From Takakia lepidozioides (lineage: Eukaryota; Plantae; Bryophyta), in the NCBI GenBank assembly GCA_030704615.1, contig CM060731.1, positions 70,742,001 to 70,806,000 of the forward strand: DNA of 64,000 nucleotides, in the 5' to 3' direction. This document shows positions 22,120 through 35,519 of this stretch, piece after piece (within the stretch, counting starts at the first letter, position 1; every line of letters starts with the position of its first letter). The position numbers were made by a program, and so were the translations under genes. The notes under the pieces were generated by a model. That model was not told the DNA's origin. It did no database searches and saw nothing but the letters and a program-made list of their open reading frames with translations.

Positions 22120-22705
22120 TTACTGTGTTGGCCCGAGAAGATCAAAGAGCAGCAGAAGTCTGCATTGCAAGGATGGACAGTGTAGAAACCTCTATTGACC
22201 TTACCAGGTGTTTATGGAATCCACCGATATAAAATTCCTAGCACACAAGCCTGCCGCCATCCTCACTCAAACCCTATAGCTGCAAAAACATTTTTCATCT
22301 TTTGTCCTTTCTTTGACAGGCCAAAAAACATACCTGTATAGTGCAGCAGGGGTGCGCGGTTCTCCGCTCTGCACCATAAGGCACTTGGGAGTAGGAAGGT
22401 CAGTCAACCTGCAGCCTTGCATGCTTCGGGGCCATTACGCATAGGCCATAATGGTGTCTGGCTGGTGCTGCAGATACAACCATACAACAGGTCCAGTCCT
22501 TCGAGAGGGCAACTTACCCCATATTAAGGAGGGTGATGAGCCAGGCAACAGGAGCTACAAATGAAAGGTTGTTAACTGCGCCACTTAAGGTAATGAATTC
22601 AGCACAAGCCGAGGCCAAACCAACCACACCGGTTGTTAAAGCCATTGCTAGAAGGAAGTAGCTCTGGGTAGTGAAGCCAGCTGTAGAGGTAGTACCCTCC
22701 CCCAA
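22120..22705 (-). pseudogene. AWPM-19-like membrane protein pseudogene (spliced fragments)
   Basis: Exon SYFLLAMALTTGVVGLASACA...VAWLITLLNMG|gtaagt; next exon (22205-22251) LVC*EFYIGGFHKHL|gtaagg. Resembles AWPM-19 F..FALLAGVVG.AS...AW.IT.LAMGLACKEIH.GG. Confidence 0.55.
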
Positions 22706-25700
22706 TCAGTAGTAAGGTCAATACGGCATGTGTGCAGCAAATGACCCCTGGATAGTTCCTTGCAGGTCCATAAGATGCATGCAGAGTACATTCGATCCTT
22801 GAAACATCCTAACTTTTCCTCCACATAGTCCTCCCCAGTTTAGGAGCACCAGTACGATTTAAAAAGAATGAGCATTAATAGGGGGAATTTGACAATAAAG
22901 CTGCAAACATGTAAGATTAAATTGGCTGATCAGAAAATTGACCAGGTTGAGCTACCTACCATGGTCTCCCACAGGACAAGGAGAAGAAGGAGGACTACAT
23001 TCACTTCAAGTCAAAAGAGAAATATACTCACACCAAAATAACCTAGTTCTGCTCAGAGTCCAATAAACATACGTCTCCAAAAAGGTTGCAGGCAACAGCA
23101 ATAAGAACAAGAACAATTTCCCCTCTACTCTCTCATCAATTCACAATATGATTACTGAACCCCAATGGACATTACAAATCACATACACATTACAGACCAC
23201 CAAAGATTTAAATACACCCACTGCAGTGTTGCAAACAGATAGACTGTACATCACCTGCGACAGGCTGTGCATGACAACTTACATTGGGCACAAAGGGCGC
23301 TACCTCAAGGTAATGAGAACCCTGCTGTGGAAGTCAGCTCGTGTAATAACGCTGGCAATATGATAGCCAGAGTTCTCTGCATTCCTAGTCTTGGTGGCAG
23401 ATTTTTCAATAATGTAATCACCTATCTCAACAGTTGCCATGTATTAAAGATTGTTTTTTCTGCCTGCACCTTTGTTGCGTACTTCTTTTAAAGCCTGGAT
23501 GGAGGTAGATTCAACTGGAGTAGGAGTCCCCTTCCTCAGCTTCATCACTTTAAGCGAAGTGCTGGGGCAGCACTACTCCATTAAAGCCTTCTCTTAACAC
23601 CACTCCTTTTTTGGAAATGTACAGCTTCATATTATCTGCACACACAATGAAGAGACTTGCCTCCCTTTTTATCAAAATCTTTTGATTTGTAAGAGAGGTG
23701 CACACTAAAAATTACAATCATCCATGCAACAGACTCAAAGGCCCATATACAATTATGTATATCAAGAATGGGCCTCTTTCACTGATAGTGATCCAAATTA
23801 TTCTTAAAATACCTACCTTGACCAGTGATAAAAAGTGTGCTACTGAGGGTTGAGCTGTACTCTGGCTAGTCCCCAACACAAGTCTGACATTGAGCAGCAG
23901 TAGCCTAGTGGTCTTCAATTCATGTTTGAATACAACTGTGGGTGTGTGTGCATGTCTGTGTCTGTCGGAAAGGGAGAAAATCCCACTGTATCCACACATG
24001 GAGGGAACTCACCACTAATGACACCATCCTCCTTTGGCAAACCAGTGGCAAAGTGGACATGATTGCATTATTTGGCTCAATCCGTGCTCCAGATAGAATA
24101 CATGTCTCTCTCATATGTGACATGCACACACACTTCCCTCCAACAGCAAATCAATGATGTAGCATCTCACCGATGTCCCACATATCATTTGTAAATCAAC
24201 ATCAGCCACCGTCTGCACGAATACAGCATCCATTTGTGAGCTGCAAGCACCTATAGGCACTAGCTGGGAGGCAGAGACACGCAGAACACATGAAAAAACA
24301 CAATTACTGTGATACTATGTCGTTGATTGCTCTAATGAACAGCTGCCCAGCCTCCTCTACCAATCCAAATCTTTGTTTGCCATTTGTGGCAAGAACCTGC
24401 CACCCCTACTCACATATCAGTACACCATTTCACCGCATGGCCATCTTCTTCACCCCCTACTCATCTGCAACCAAAAGGTATTGTAATTGTACGTTTTAGA
24501 AGATGGTTTCATATTAGTGCTGCCTTCATCAGGTTGAGACTTGGGCCTTCTACCTGAGAGGCCACCCTTCTCCCTTGTGCTCCCTCTGTCCATCAGTAGA
24601 ACCAAGTCCAACGTCCCTCTTCTTGGAGCAGCATCAGCACTCACAGGCCTTTCTGTACCTGATGGTGAAACTGAGTGCCCGAAACTCATGCCCTCTCCAT
24701 CAATCTCCCCCATGACCCTTTTCTTCATTTCAATCAAGTAGATCTTCACCATCATGGTTATGTCCTTACAGCCCTCCCACTGAGGGACCACTTGCATGAG
24801 TGCCGTCATCTCTGAGTGTAATTCATCCAATTTCAACTGCAGCAGGTTAAGTCGCGTGAGCACACAAACATATTAGAGACTCAAAGAGGACCAAGACTCA
24901 GCCTGTGGACATGTACTCAGCACTTGGTAGTTTGTTTGCTCACTGGCAAGGGGAGGCTTAGAAAAATGCATCTGCCTAACTTCCTCTCATGTGTTGACAT
25001 TGCCTGGCAGCCCCTGGCAACTTGTTTCCCAGGCTGCAGTTTCCATCTTTTTCAAATGCACGGTTCTTTTTCTTTCCGAAGAAAGTAGAGCTGCTTTCTT
25101 GTGTTACTGCCAAAGTTGCCGTGATCAATTCAACTGATGAGTGGCAGATGCCTTCTACACTTGGTCATCTCCCAGAGGCTCCGCAATTGGTGCATCTACA
25201 CTTACAACAGGGTCGGGACGGATAAAGAAATAAAGAAACTTCCACAGGAAGCTCAAAGAGCTTATGGGACCAAAAAAAGCATCAAGAGATTCTCCAAGTT
25301 AGGGATAGAGACAGAGGCACACTCATTCTCTACCCCATATACCAGAGACAACCCAGCGCCAAGCGCAACTCAAACAGAGACTGACAAAAAAAGAAATGGC
25401 TCTTGAGAGAAATGGAAGTATGGGTGAAGAAGAGAGATATCTGCTTGTAAAAATACCCTCTTGGAATTGGACACAATCGGCATTTCAATCTGGCCAACTT
25501 CTTGGACAAATTTTCCAACAAAAAGGGTGGTTGCATTCTGAGTGGATCAGAAGGGGCAAGTATTTTGCAGAACATCTGCCCCCCATCCACAGTAGAGAAG
25601 ATTCAGCGTCTTTCTTTAGCAAGCTATTGTGCGCACTGGCAAATGGCTGTTAGTTTGAGAGGCACTGAGATACTCCCTAGTATTTTGGCAGTTAGATGTT

Positions 25701-27339
25701 CAGCTCATGATTGGTAGGGTACATATGAAAAGTTGCTCAGATGGTCCTTGCTGCAATTTCAAGCTAATAAGGGACCCCACTGGTGCCTTGAAGCTGTGTA
25801 CCCTTTGCTGAGTTTTCCTTCAGGCCTGTTAGTGTAAGCTATGAGCTTCTCATCGGAAAGATATATAACTACTTCAAACGTTTTCTCTTAATACAAAAGA
25901 TAGTTGTCGCCCTCCATGGCTGTCTCAGGTTTGCCTATTAGGTGCCGATGTTTCAGGTATCTACCCCTCCCTGAGCTGTTTCCCTTTTTCGTCATGATAA
26001 GAAGGAAGGAGAAGAAGACAGCCGTTTATTACCTTCGTCAGACAACCGAATGGCCTGTGGGACCAAATAAAAGTTCAATATGAGATTTCCAGACCAGAAC
26101 CCAAGGAAGAGAAGAGAAAACTCTTACCACGACGTGATGATAGATACTTAAATATCTTCTTAACAATTTTCACAGAGTGCCTCGTACAGGTACATTGCTA
26201 AGCACTTCCAGCCTCTGACAGTAAATCGAGAAAACAGGAGTGTAGGGGTGGGAGGAGTGAGGAGGAAAAGATTGATAGGACGTCCTTACTGAATCTAATT
26301 GCCTGTCTCACGACCCCTAGTTCAAATGGAGTGAGTAGAACGGGCAGAGAGAGAGATATGTAGGAAGTAACTCTGGTTCCCCCACAAAAAGGATTGGGAT
26401 ATAAAATAAAATAAAACTTGGGTGTGTCCACCTTTGCACAGCAGGGGAAGGGGAGAGGAAGAAAGAAGGAAAGATTATAATGTACCCACAGGGTCCCTGG
26501 GGGGCATGGGACCAATCGAACTCCCCTGTATGTCTTGCTTCAGTTTTGGCATTCCTGCTCGCTCTCTTGGCTTTTCCATTGCACAGTTTGCAGCTAGGCA
26601 GTCACATTCACTGATATATCCGCCCTTGACCTTCACACACACAAAAAATCATTTGTTTCACAGACACATTCCTCCCCTAACAACTTTTGGAGGAGAGATT
26701 TCACACCATATTCTCCAAACAAAGGAGCAAGAATCAAGTCAGAAACCATAGATAACTGCCCCTCAAGGCTGATAAAAGTGGTGAATTAGACCACCTGTGG
26801 TATCTAGCAGTCCAATACAGCATTTGGTAATGTGGATGTATTTGAACTTACCCAAACAGGAGGCCTACTCTCATAAAACACCACATTGCACACCACCTTC
26901 AAAGCTTCACCTCTCTCTCCTTTCTAGTCTGTAATCATGGGCAGGGACCCTAGCAAGACCTACAGGGGGTTAGTGTCCTGTGGCTGATCACCACCCCACA
27001 ACTACAGATCTTCACCTACTAGAAATTTCAGAGCCTCAACAGAGTGAGCAGCCTACATTTCGCAAATGACAAGATTTGAGTTCTCTAGACATTAGTAGGT
27101 CATTTTACAGACTCTTTGAATGGACATAGAGTTCCTATCCACCCAGTGGAGACAACTCCACATATGAGAGATGAAACGAAATGGTACTTTACAACATCCG
27201 CGGTAAGCTCAAAGAGCTTATGGGACAAGAGGAAGAAAGAAACAAGAAAGAGAAAGAGAAGTAAGAGGGGGAGGATAACAGAATCTTTCCATCTTAGAAG
27301 CCCATCAAAAGGGCAATGCACTCGCAAAAGCACCATACC

Positions 27340-27898
27340 TGATATCATCCAAGAATTGCCGATGTGATTCATCCTGGAGTTTTCCAGACTTTGGGGCCCA
27401 CTGACAGGTGCCAACCCCATGCTGCACATGCGTGTGTTCAACAATTCCACTTGCAATGCCTGCCCCAAGGAAGTTGCTTATTATGTTAGAACTACTGCGT
27501 CTCTTTGCCCTACTTTGTTTGTGTACTTCGACAGTTGGGACCCTGTGGATGCTATAAAGGTTATTTCTTTCTTTCGAGCTTTCAAGGACGTTAAGAAGTA
27601 GACTTCCATTTCATTTCAAAGTTATTAAATGATCTGGAATGGTCATAACAGTTTGCATTGTAAGGATATCTGTGACCTGACTGCAGCTATATTCCGCATT
27701 TTGATCCAATGACAATCCTGCTCTGTCATGGTTGTGGACTATTTAAGGGAAATCTTAGATGCTCTTTATCCAATCTGGAAGCAAAGTAAACAATCAACAT
27801 ACCCGCACCTCTTGCCGCAGCTGATTGAGCATTACAGCCTGTGGGTCACGGTTGATGACAGGTTTCTTGCGAATGTTGCGAGCCCGGTTGGCAAAATT
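27340..27898 (-). pseudogene. Kinesin (kinesin-4-like) motor-end/neck exon fragments
   Basis: 27898-27809 reads NFANRARNIRKKPVINRDPQAVMLNQLRQE|gt (kinesin (Y/F)ANRARNI.NKP.IN.DP). Next exon QALQVELLNTR near 27462. The rest of the motor domain was not found. Confidence 0.6.
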
Positions 27899-29788
27899 TG
27901 TGTCTGCTGTGCTGCAACAAACAAGATGCCCTTGTTAGAAAATGCCTTCGTGATCAAGTTGCAAATAGAAAAGCTCAACTTTCTAGCAATATTGTTCATG
28001 GTCTAGCGTCGTGCTCTTTACATCGTAGAATTGACATGTACTTTCCCTGTCGTCTGGTCAAAATCTAATCAATCCAAAGGATTTTTCACCAGGTACTGCA
28101 CCAGGCTTCCAACAGGTTTCCAGCAGGGTGCGCATGGCAGACTTCTGTCACTCTGTATCGTACCTGACGCACCTCTTCAACGGCATGGGAATGTAAGGGA
28201 ACACCAACAGTGGTTTTCATCTGGATCTCCTTCAGATCGTGCACTGCAACGTCCTCATCTGCAACTTCAACTCAACAGCTTTGTGCCGTGGAAGACTCGT
28301 GAGAACTGTATAGAGCTGGGTTGATCTTGTCAACAAGTAGAGACGCTGTACTCAGGAGAGGAGAGTTTTCTCGTCACGACATGTCATGGCCGTAGCAAGC
28401 AGTCCCGCAACCTCAAGATGGAAACCAAGAAGATCTTGGTGCATCCTTCGAGTATAGAGGTATACGAGGAAATACCCACTGCTGGTACATCTTCAAGTAT
28501 ACCGCGTACTGTATATCAAGTTAGGAAATTCCCTTACTCATTAGAAATCATCCAATACCGATGAAATGTCGATCATCCTCATGACTTGTTATATTTTGTT
28601 TCTCGTAAATTTTGTCTTTGAATGGGAGGAAGTTCTTGGATGGAAATTTCCTAGGGTCAGATGTTTTCATACACATCCATTTTCTTCAGCGTGTGAGTAA
28701 TGTATCCCTTATTACCTATGTAAATTGCACTGGGGCCTACTAAAGTGTGTTTTACTTTCCTGTAAAATGGACCCATGAATCTCATCAGGGCTTTTCCAAC
28801 GACCCCTGCATACAACCGATTTATTCAAAGTAGCTTTTTGGGTGCCGGGCTGCAGCATCTCGCTGCCCCAACTAAATCTGCATACGTGGCCCCCCAAAAA
28901 CCACGGGCAAGTAAGCATGTTTTGGCAGAACAGGCGACCCACTTAGTGCAAGCCCAATCTGATCATGAAAAATGTTTACTATAAAAGATTTCATGTAGAC
29001 TTTAATGTAACTCTTAAATGAACGGATAAACAGCAAGTCCTTTCGAGAAATGGTCCATCAGAGTTAAGAGGTTTTTAAGAACTCTATTTTTTTTAATATA
29101 GACCTTCTTTTACATATGAAGTAATATATTTTATGTTACATTTTAATTTAACTGAATTCTAGTGATGACCAAAGCAGCGTTTTTCTTTTGGCGAATTTTC
29201 CGACCTCAAAAAAAAAAAAAAAAAAAAAATCCGTATCAAATTCCATGATTTTTCATGGATGAAATCGCCAAATTTCTCCAAAAATAATAATAATTATGGA
29301 TGTATTCGCCAAATATGGATGATATGAATGGATGAAAGTATGGATGTGGATGATTCTGTCCTAATTTGAATGGATGAACAGAATATATGCCTAATTTTTG
29401 CAAAACTCTGTAGCCACTCGTGCTATTTTCCGAATTTTTAAAAAAAAACTCTGGAGCAAAGGTCGAAAATTAGTTTGAGCATAGAGCAGGAATAGGGTGT
29501 ATTTGTGCCACATCATCGTCGCCACGTTTCGTCGTCAATGTTTTTGAACCTGCCCAGATTGTAAAAAAAATCGAAAATAAGTTCTCGAACTGTTTAAAGC
29601 TTCTTGAATTCTCTGAACGGATTTTCATGGAGGTGTTGAGCCATCTGATGACCAGCCTATGGTCTGATAGATATAGAGAGAATGTACTCATAAGACATTT
29701 GCGCAGTGTTGTAGCCTTGTGTCTAGTTTTGTGAGGAACAAAAGAAATAGAAGTTACATTTTTAAGGGACTCACTCCAGTAGTGTGAC

Positions 29789-31570
29789 TTACCTTATTAA
29801 AGATAATTCATGTGGATTTTCGAGATATCCCTTCACACAAACATCAACTTGGTATGTGTGAGCTGTCCAACACTTATACTCCATCAGGGCGGGGGCTTTA
29901 GGCTTAGCCTCAAGATTCTCACCCTGAGTTAGAATTTCAGTCCAATGCAGCGTAGGAGAGAGAGACGCAACTCCATGCCGACCCTCCGAGGGAACTGTCA
30001 CTAGCGCAAGATTGCATAGCCAGAGAGGGCAACAAACACTCACAATTGACAAATTGGAAGAAGGTAACATTTGCACTCTCGTAATCAAAGGTCGTTTCTC
30101 AACGGCCTCAACCTCCCAGCTCGGGCACGGACATGGAGAAATACAATTCCACTTGAATGTGCCTTTGATGAATGCCTGTTCTTCCCTGTTCTGTTGCCAA
30201 GTCCCATTGGACCCACACTGGACCCACTGCAGACCCAATAGATCCCCTTCTCCAGCCGCACTTGCCACTGTCAGACATTTCTCAAGTAAAACCCGAATTT
30301 GAGCCTCTAATATTGATGACTGGATCTTCTTGTGGAAACCTGTCTCTATCGTATTTCTAGGCCTAACTGACCCAGACATCAAACCTGAGGACTTTGACTG
30401 CAATGCTTGTCTCAGGATGTATGCATTTCTAGGAGACAAAGGAGTAGACCATGTTTGCATACTGATACAAGCCCCTGTGGTCTCCGATGCCTCATCAAAA
30501 TGAGATCCATTGGAGACAGAAACAAGGGTGCTTATAGTTGGTGGATGTGGAAAATCATCCAAGCATACAAATACAACAACTAGTGTGCACTACCTAGGTT
30601 ACTAAACGGGGGCTGAACCTGACATAAGAGCTATGGTCCATTCTTGCCACCCTCGGCGCACCTGTTGCGGCATTGCTGGAGACCAGAGACATGGGATGAA
30701 TATAAGGCTACGCCAGCAATCTTCGCCTCCATGATCATCAATCTGATTTCACTTGGCTTGAAGCTGCACTAATTGAGGTTAAATGATTACTAAGATGCAT
30801 ACAATTGGCTCCCAATTTCTCTAAGAACTTCCAGCTACTTCCCAAACAGAATCAGACCTAATGACTTGGCATGAGGCTGAGGGAAAAACATATATTGGAT
30901 CAAATGGGCCCCAAAATTTGTATCTTTCGGTTTGACTTGTTCCTTATCTGTCAATCCAAATGGTGGTGCCACCAAAATATTAGGATTAAGGTGGTGTATA
31001 GGAAAAACTACAATTTTAGAGTTGGCTGCAGCTTTTTGGGCGCAGGTGTCCAGACTAGTAGGGTCCTGTGTACATCAGCTCTTACACACTGTTGCGAGTA
31101 TGGCTCAAGCATGTTGCTAACTCTTCTAGAGCTGGTTTAGAAACACCAACATGATAATGCAATAGTCATTTGTGCCTGAATGATAATCCGATGCTACATT
31201 AAGGTCTACCAATGACATCATGCTACCTGCAGGGGTTTTCCCAATAAAAATTCTTTCCGTCAGCAGACAAATTGTCGAATCAATGACAACCCATGAACCC
31301 TGACATCTCCCCTCGAATTTGGAATGAAGCCCTGAGCACCATATAAAACAAAAGCGGAAAAAAATGCAGTGATGTGTTGCAGGGTGGAAGACAGGAAAGA
31401 AAAACCTTACAAAAAATATGAACAAAAGACCGCACAAGCTGCTCGCCTCGAAACGTTCAAGCCTTCTTGCCAAGTTTCCACCCTTTCCTCTTTTATGTAG
31501 TCCAGAGGCCATGCTCCCCACATAAATTGTACATAAAGCACTCATCTCTCTTCATCATAGTAATGCTTCA
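29789..31570 (-). pseudogene. SMG8: SMG8 (nonsense-mediated decay factor)-like pseudogene fragment
   Basis: KHYYDEER*VLYVQF (31568-31524), VVVFVCLDDF (~30580) and RPRNTIETGFHKKIQSSILEAQIRVLLEKC resemble plant SMG8 YYHEEE..ILF.QF, LFVFLDDF and RP....EGG.RKKLQSSLEAQ.RFLIKKC. Stops and rearranged segments. Confidence 0.65.
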
Positions 31571-33329
31571 GCTTTCCTGATATCCATTCTTTCCGTTCAA
31601 TTCTTATATACAACAATCCGAATAACCACTTCATTGCTCGAAATTGACTATTTACATCCATCTACAATTGATTCTCATCCAAATGAATATCGATCAGTTC
31701 CGATTCAATTTCTATCCTAAAATCCAATTTTACTGTCTTAAAATTATGCACATTATAATTCCTAATATTGTACATAGTCCCAGTCCTAACTGTGAAGTGC
31801 CTTCATAAACACCACTATTCCGGCCGTAAAAGAATGAGGCCACCAGAAGGCCTCAGAGGCTTGTAGGTTAAAAAACCCATTACGACTCTGTTTGTGTCTA
31901 AATACATAGAATTTTATAGAGGTCCATGTAGCATTTGAATTACTACCGCCACCAAATAAATTATATCTCGAGTAGATTGAGTTTGAGTACATATTAGCAG
32001 TCATTTGTTTTTATTAAATTAAAATATTTTAAAAGCAACTTATATAGTTTCAATGTGTCATCAAATGTCAACTATGAATGGACAAAAATCCCCTATATAA
32101 AAAAATTTATGTGTAATAACTAACAACAGATTAATATGCCTCTCATTTTACAATAATAGGGTCATGAATGCAAGCGTGCGAGAAGGACGGTGGGCCCGTC
32201 GTTCGGACAAGGGGCGGCCCCCCCCACCTGCGCCCACCCGCCCGCCGCTGCCAGCGATCGCCCACGCCCGCCCCTGTTGCCGCGGCTGCCCCGCTCGGGG
32301 TCCGTCCCCCGGCCGGTCCACTGCGGCGTGTCCGCTAGTCCGCTAGTCCGCTTCCGCCGCAAGATCTGGGCCGTCCAGGACGAATCCCATCCCAACCCTC
32401 CAATTTAGGGCCATATCTCTGGATTGCCGTCAGGATGTCGGTCTTTGTTGTACGAAATTGCAGTGCGTGCCCACAGTAGGGGTTGCCTCGCACAGTGTTT
32501 GTGTCTTCGTGTTTTCGTGACATTGTAATGATGTGGAAGGGCAGGAGAGGAGTCGAAGCCCTACAACCACCATCGTGCATATGCTTCCACTATTTTCGTC
32601 ATTTTTTGTTGTTGCTGGCGAGCTCGTTTTTGCGATTTCATTGTACATGTAATGTGTTTTGCCCACTTTCTGTCCGGTCATCGCAAAATGGCCAATGTGT
32701 TGTTAGGGTTTATTCCAATGGGCGGACTGATTACAAGCATGCCTAAACACGACCTTAGTTTACATTTGGGATATGGTGTCGTTCAATTTTATAATTATTG
32801 ATGTTGAGGTAGACGCATCCGTCCGTCAGATCACCTCCTCAGTCTGGAACGGCAACCATGGGCAAGATGATAGCGAAAATCGCCGGAGCATATGCACATG
32901 AGGGCGTGTAAAAACTTGCAGATTCCATATCCAGCGATGAACTATTATCGTGTGTCTTGGGCAGAATTATCGTCAGTCTATCAATTGTGTCTTTTGGGCT
33001 GTGTTACCCGGAGTCTCCTGAACTATCTCACATTTCTAGTATGGGTCTAATTGTAGAAAAATCGGGTTCGACAGCCAATAGTTGTCGGCCTGGATACCCA
33101 TATGACTGTTGCTACGTTAGTCTTGCTTCATTAGCCTGGTAATCGGAGCCTCTTCGGGAGGCTGTGTCCTCACATCGGCCAGGAATATGTTCGCGAGTTG
33201 GTTGCGATGTTAGTCTCTCCTGACGACGGTCTTTTGGCGTCTGTGTACGCTGGTCTGTTGTGAGAAACTGTGAAACCATGGAGCCGCGCCGAAAATTTGG
33301 CTGTACACCCTTGCATCTGTCAGTCTGTT

Positions 33330-33790
33330 GTTCTGCCAATCTTTTCAGCTAGTCTGTTGTCTTTGTTGCACTGTCAGTCTAGTCTATCTGCAGCTTATTA
33401 CAGAAGACGACGGAATAATGACCATGTTGACCTACCAGTCTGTCGACCTGCCAATTTGTCTGTCTTGTATAGTCTGTTTCGTTGTCAGCCTGTTGCAGTC
33501 GGGTGGACCTGCATAGTGGATTACGTGTTGGTTTGGGGTACTTGGTCTGCCAGTCTGCCAACCTGTCGTCCTAACAGTCTTTTCAACTAGTCTGCTGTCT
33601 CTGTTGCACCGTCAGTCTAGTCTGCCTGCAGCTTGTTACGGATGGCGACGGAACAATGACCATGTTGACTTGTCAGTCTGTCGACCTGTCAGTTTGTCTG
33701 TCTTGTATAGTCTGTTTCGTCATTAGCCTGTTGCAGTCGGGTGGACCTGCATAGTGGATTACGTGTTGGTTTGGGGTACTTGGTCTGCTC
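33330..33790 (+). repeat. Tandem duplication of a ~240-bp GTCTG-rich unit
   Basis: 33340-33548 is repeated at ~33578-33788 (…GTTGCAGTCGGGTGGACCTGCATAGTGGATTACGTGTTGGTTTGGGGTACTTGGTCTGC). Confidence 0.8.
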
Positions 33791-34199
33791 AGATCGGTCT
33801 GCTGAACTCAGTGTGATGTGCACTCGGTCTGTTGTGCACTTGGTAGACTTAATAACTGCAATGGCGGTGGTGGCAGCGTCAATCATGGCGCGCCACGTCG
33901 TGCCGGCGGTATACTACATTTCCACTCCCGGGTCAGCTTCAACTTCAACTTCGCCTTCCCGCCGGTGCTGTGGTCTCCTTCTTTCTCAACATCCGTCTTT
34001 CTTGCGCAAACTTCTTTCCGCGCGCAGATCTGGAGAGTCATCTTAGACCCCAACAGTCGCCAAGACCATTGCTTCCGTAGCCCGTTGCGTTCCTCATCTT
34101 GTGCTGTGTACTTGTCGTTTTGGTTCTTGCTTCTCTTTCCATCCTCGTATGTAGTGTTCGTTCTCGCCGGTTCTTGCACTTTCTCTTTTCCTCCATTCT

Positions 34200-35399
34200 T
34201 TGCACTTCTCCCTTTTTGTTGAGCCCTCTGCCTTTGTCTTTTGTGTTGTACAAGCGATAGGGGATGTCTGCGCGAAGGGTGCACCCGACTGGATTGAGTT
34301 TGTGCACGTCACGCACTTGAAGAAGCTGCAAAGATATTGGTACTCCCCAAAGGAGTACGATCACAAAATAGTGGAAGCATGTGTTGATCTCCATGTAGCC
34401 AAGGAGGAGAACCCAGAATGGAAGAAGGATAGGCTCAGGTGTCCTTTCTGTGAGGAAGCCATAAAGGACAAAATCCAATTGAACCGGCATTGTGTGGACA
34501 TAGGTTGCAAGGGCACCATTCCACCGAATTTCAAGCCGTGGCCCATACCAGTATCGCAAAAAGCTAAAGATGAGGTTGTTTTCAATAGCCACGGGGCCAA
34601 CCCGCGAAGTACAGAGGAATTGCGCCAACGGTACGGGCGGGCTGCTAGAAGGATGCAACAACCCAGTTTGGCAGAAGTGCATGTGCCTCCCCGCAACCGC
34701 AAACTCAGTGATGGGGCAAAAAAAAGGGCTAGAGCGAAAACGGCAAGGACTGCTCGCGATGCAAACATGTCACTCCTGCAAGGGGGTCCGTCCAAAGCGC
34801 ATCAGGCAAGCTCTGCTCGGGATGCAAGCATTGTGGGCCTACAGGGGAGTCCGCCCAATGCGCACCAGACCAGAAAGTCCCGGCAGACTATACCCATCAG
34901 TTCCTCCAATGAGTCTGAGTCTGCCAATGTTCTGCCCCGCCGGTCTGCTGAGCTGACCGACAATATCATCCAGAATAATGACTTCGAAGGGCAAGGTCCA
35001 CTATCCAGTGCAGTGGATATTGCCTTATCTGAGAGGACAAACTTGGACATGCTCATAGATAGCCTCGACGACAACAACTCTCTTGCCCACACCGCCCAGG
35101 AGACCCAGCAGCCTGGTCTGCGGTCTAGGCTGACCGACGATATGGGACATGAGAAGACCCCACAAAAGACTAATGGACCAGTCTATCCGGGAACATTGCA
35201 CCTACTTCCGTTTGGCGTTCTCCCACCGGTCTGCCCACCCCAAGATGATCCGCAGTTCTTCCTCTTTTTCTTCAGATATGTGCAAATAGGACGGATGGCG
35301 TCAAGTATTGGCGAAGCCGAACAAAATTGGTTGAATGCCATGCATGATAACGATGTGGGCTACATACTTGACGAGGTAATGCTATCAAACCATTCCTGA
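34200..35399 (+). CDS. Uncharacterised TE-associated ORF/exon with a C2H2-like zinc finger
   Basis: 399-aa open frame containing LRCPFCEEAIKDKIQLNRHCVDIGC; ends at a GAG|gtaatg donor (~35375). It probably continues in the exon at ~40777-41642 beyond the CACTA insertion. Confidence 0.45.
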   Translation: MHFSLFVEPSAFVFCVVQAIGDVCAKGAPDWIEFVHVTHLKKLQRYWYSPKEYDHKIVEACVDLHVAKEENPEWKKDRLRCPFCEEAIKDKIQLNRHCVDIGCKGTIPPNFKPWPIPVSQKAKDEVVFNSHGANPRSTEELRQRYGRAARRMQQPSLAEVHVPPRNRKLSDGAKKRARAKTARTARDANMSLLQGGPSKAHQASSARDASIVGLQGSPPNAHQTRKSRQTIPISSSNESESANVLPRRSAELTDNIIQNNDFEGQGPLSSAVDIALSERTNLDMLIDSLDDNNSLAHTAQETQQPGLRSRLTDDMGHEKTPQKTNGPVYPGTLHLLPFGVLPPVCPPQDDPQFFLFFFRYVQIGRMASSIGEAEQNWLNAMHDNDVGYILDEVMLSNHS

Positions 35400-35519
35400 A
35401 ATTTTTGGACAGTAGGTGTCATGCAGACAGACCTTTTTCCCTATGTAATTGTCGATCAATCTGCTGAACTCCAGCAGACTATAAACATCCATAGTTCGGT
35501 CTCTTAGTTAGTTTGCTGA

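Noticed and set aside
24450-24863. 137-aa coiled-coil ORF as a separate gene
   Set aside because: No recognisable domain. It may be a stalk exon of the kinesin fragment, but that is unsupported.
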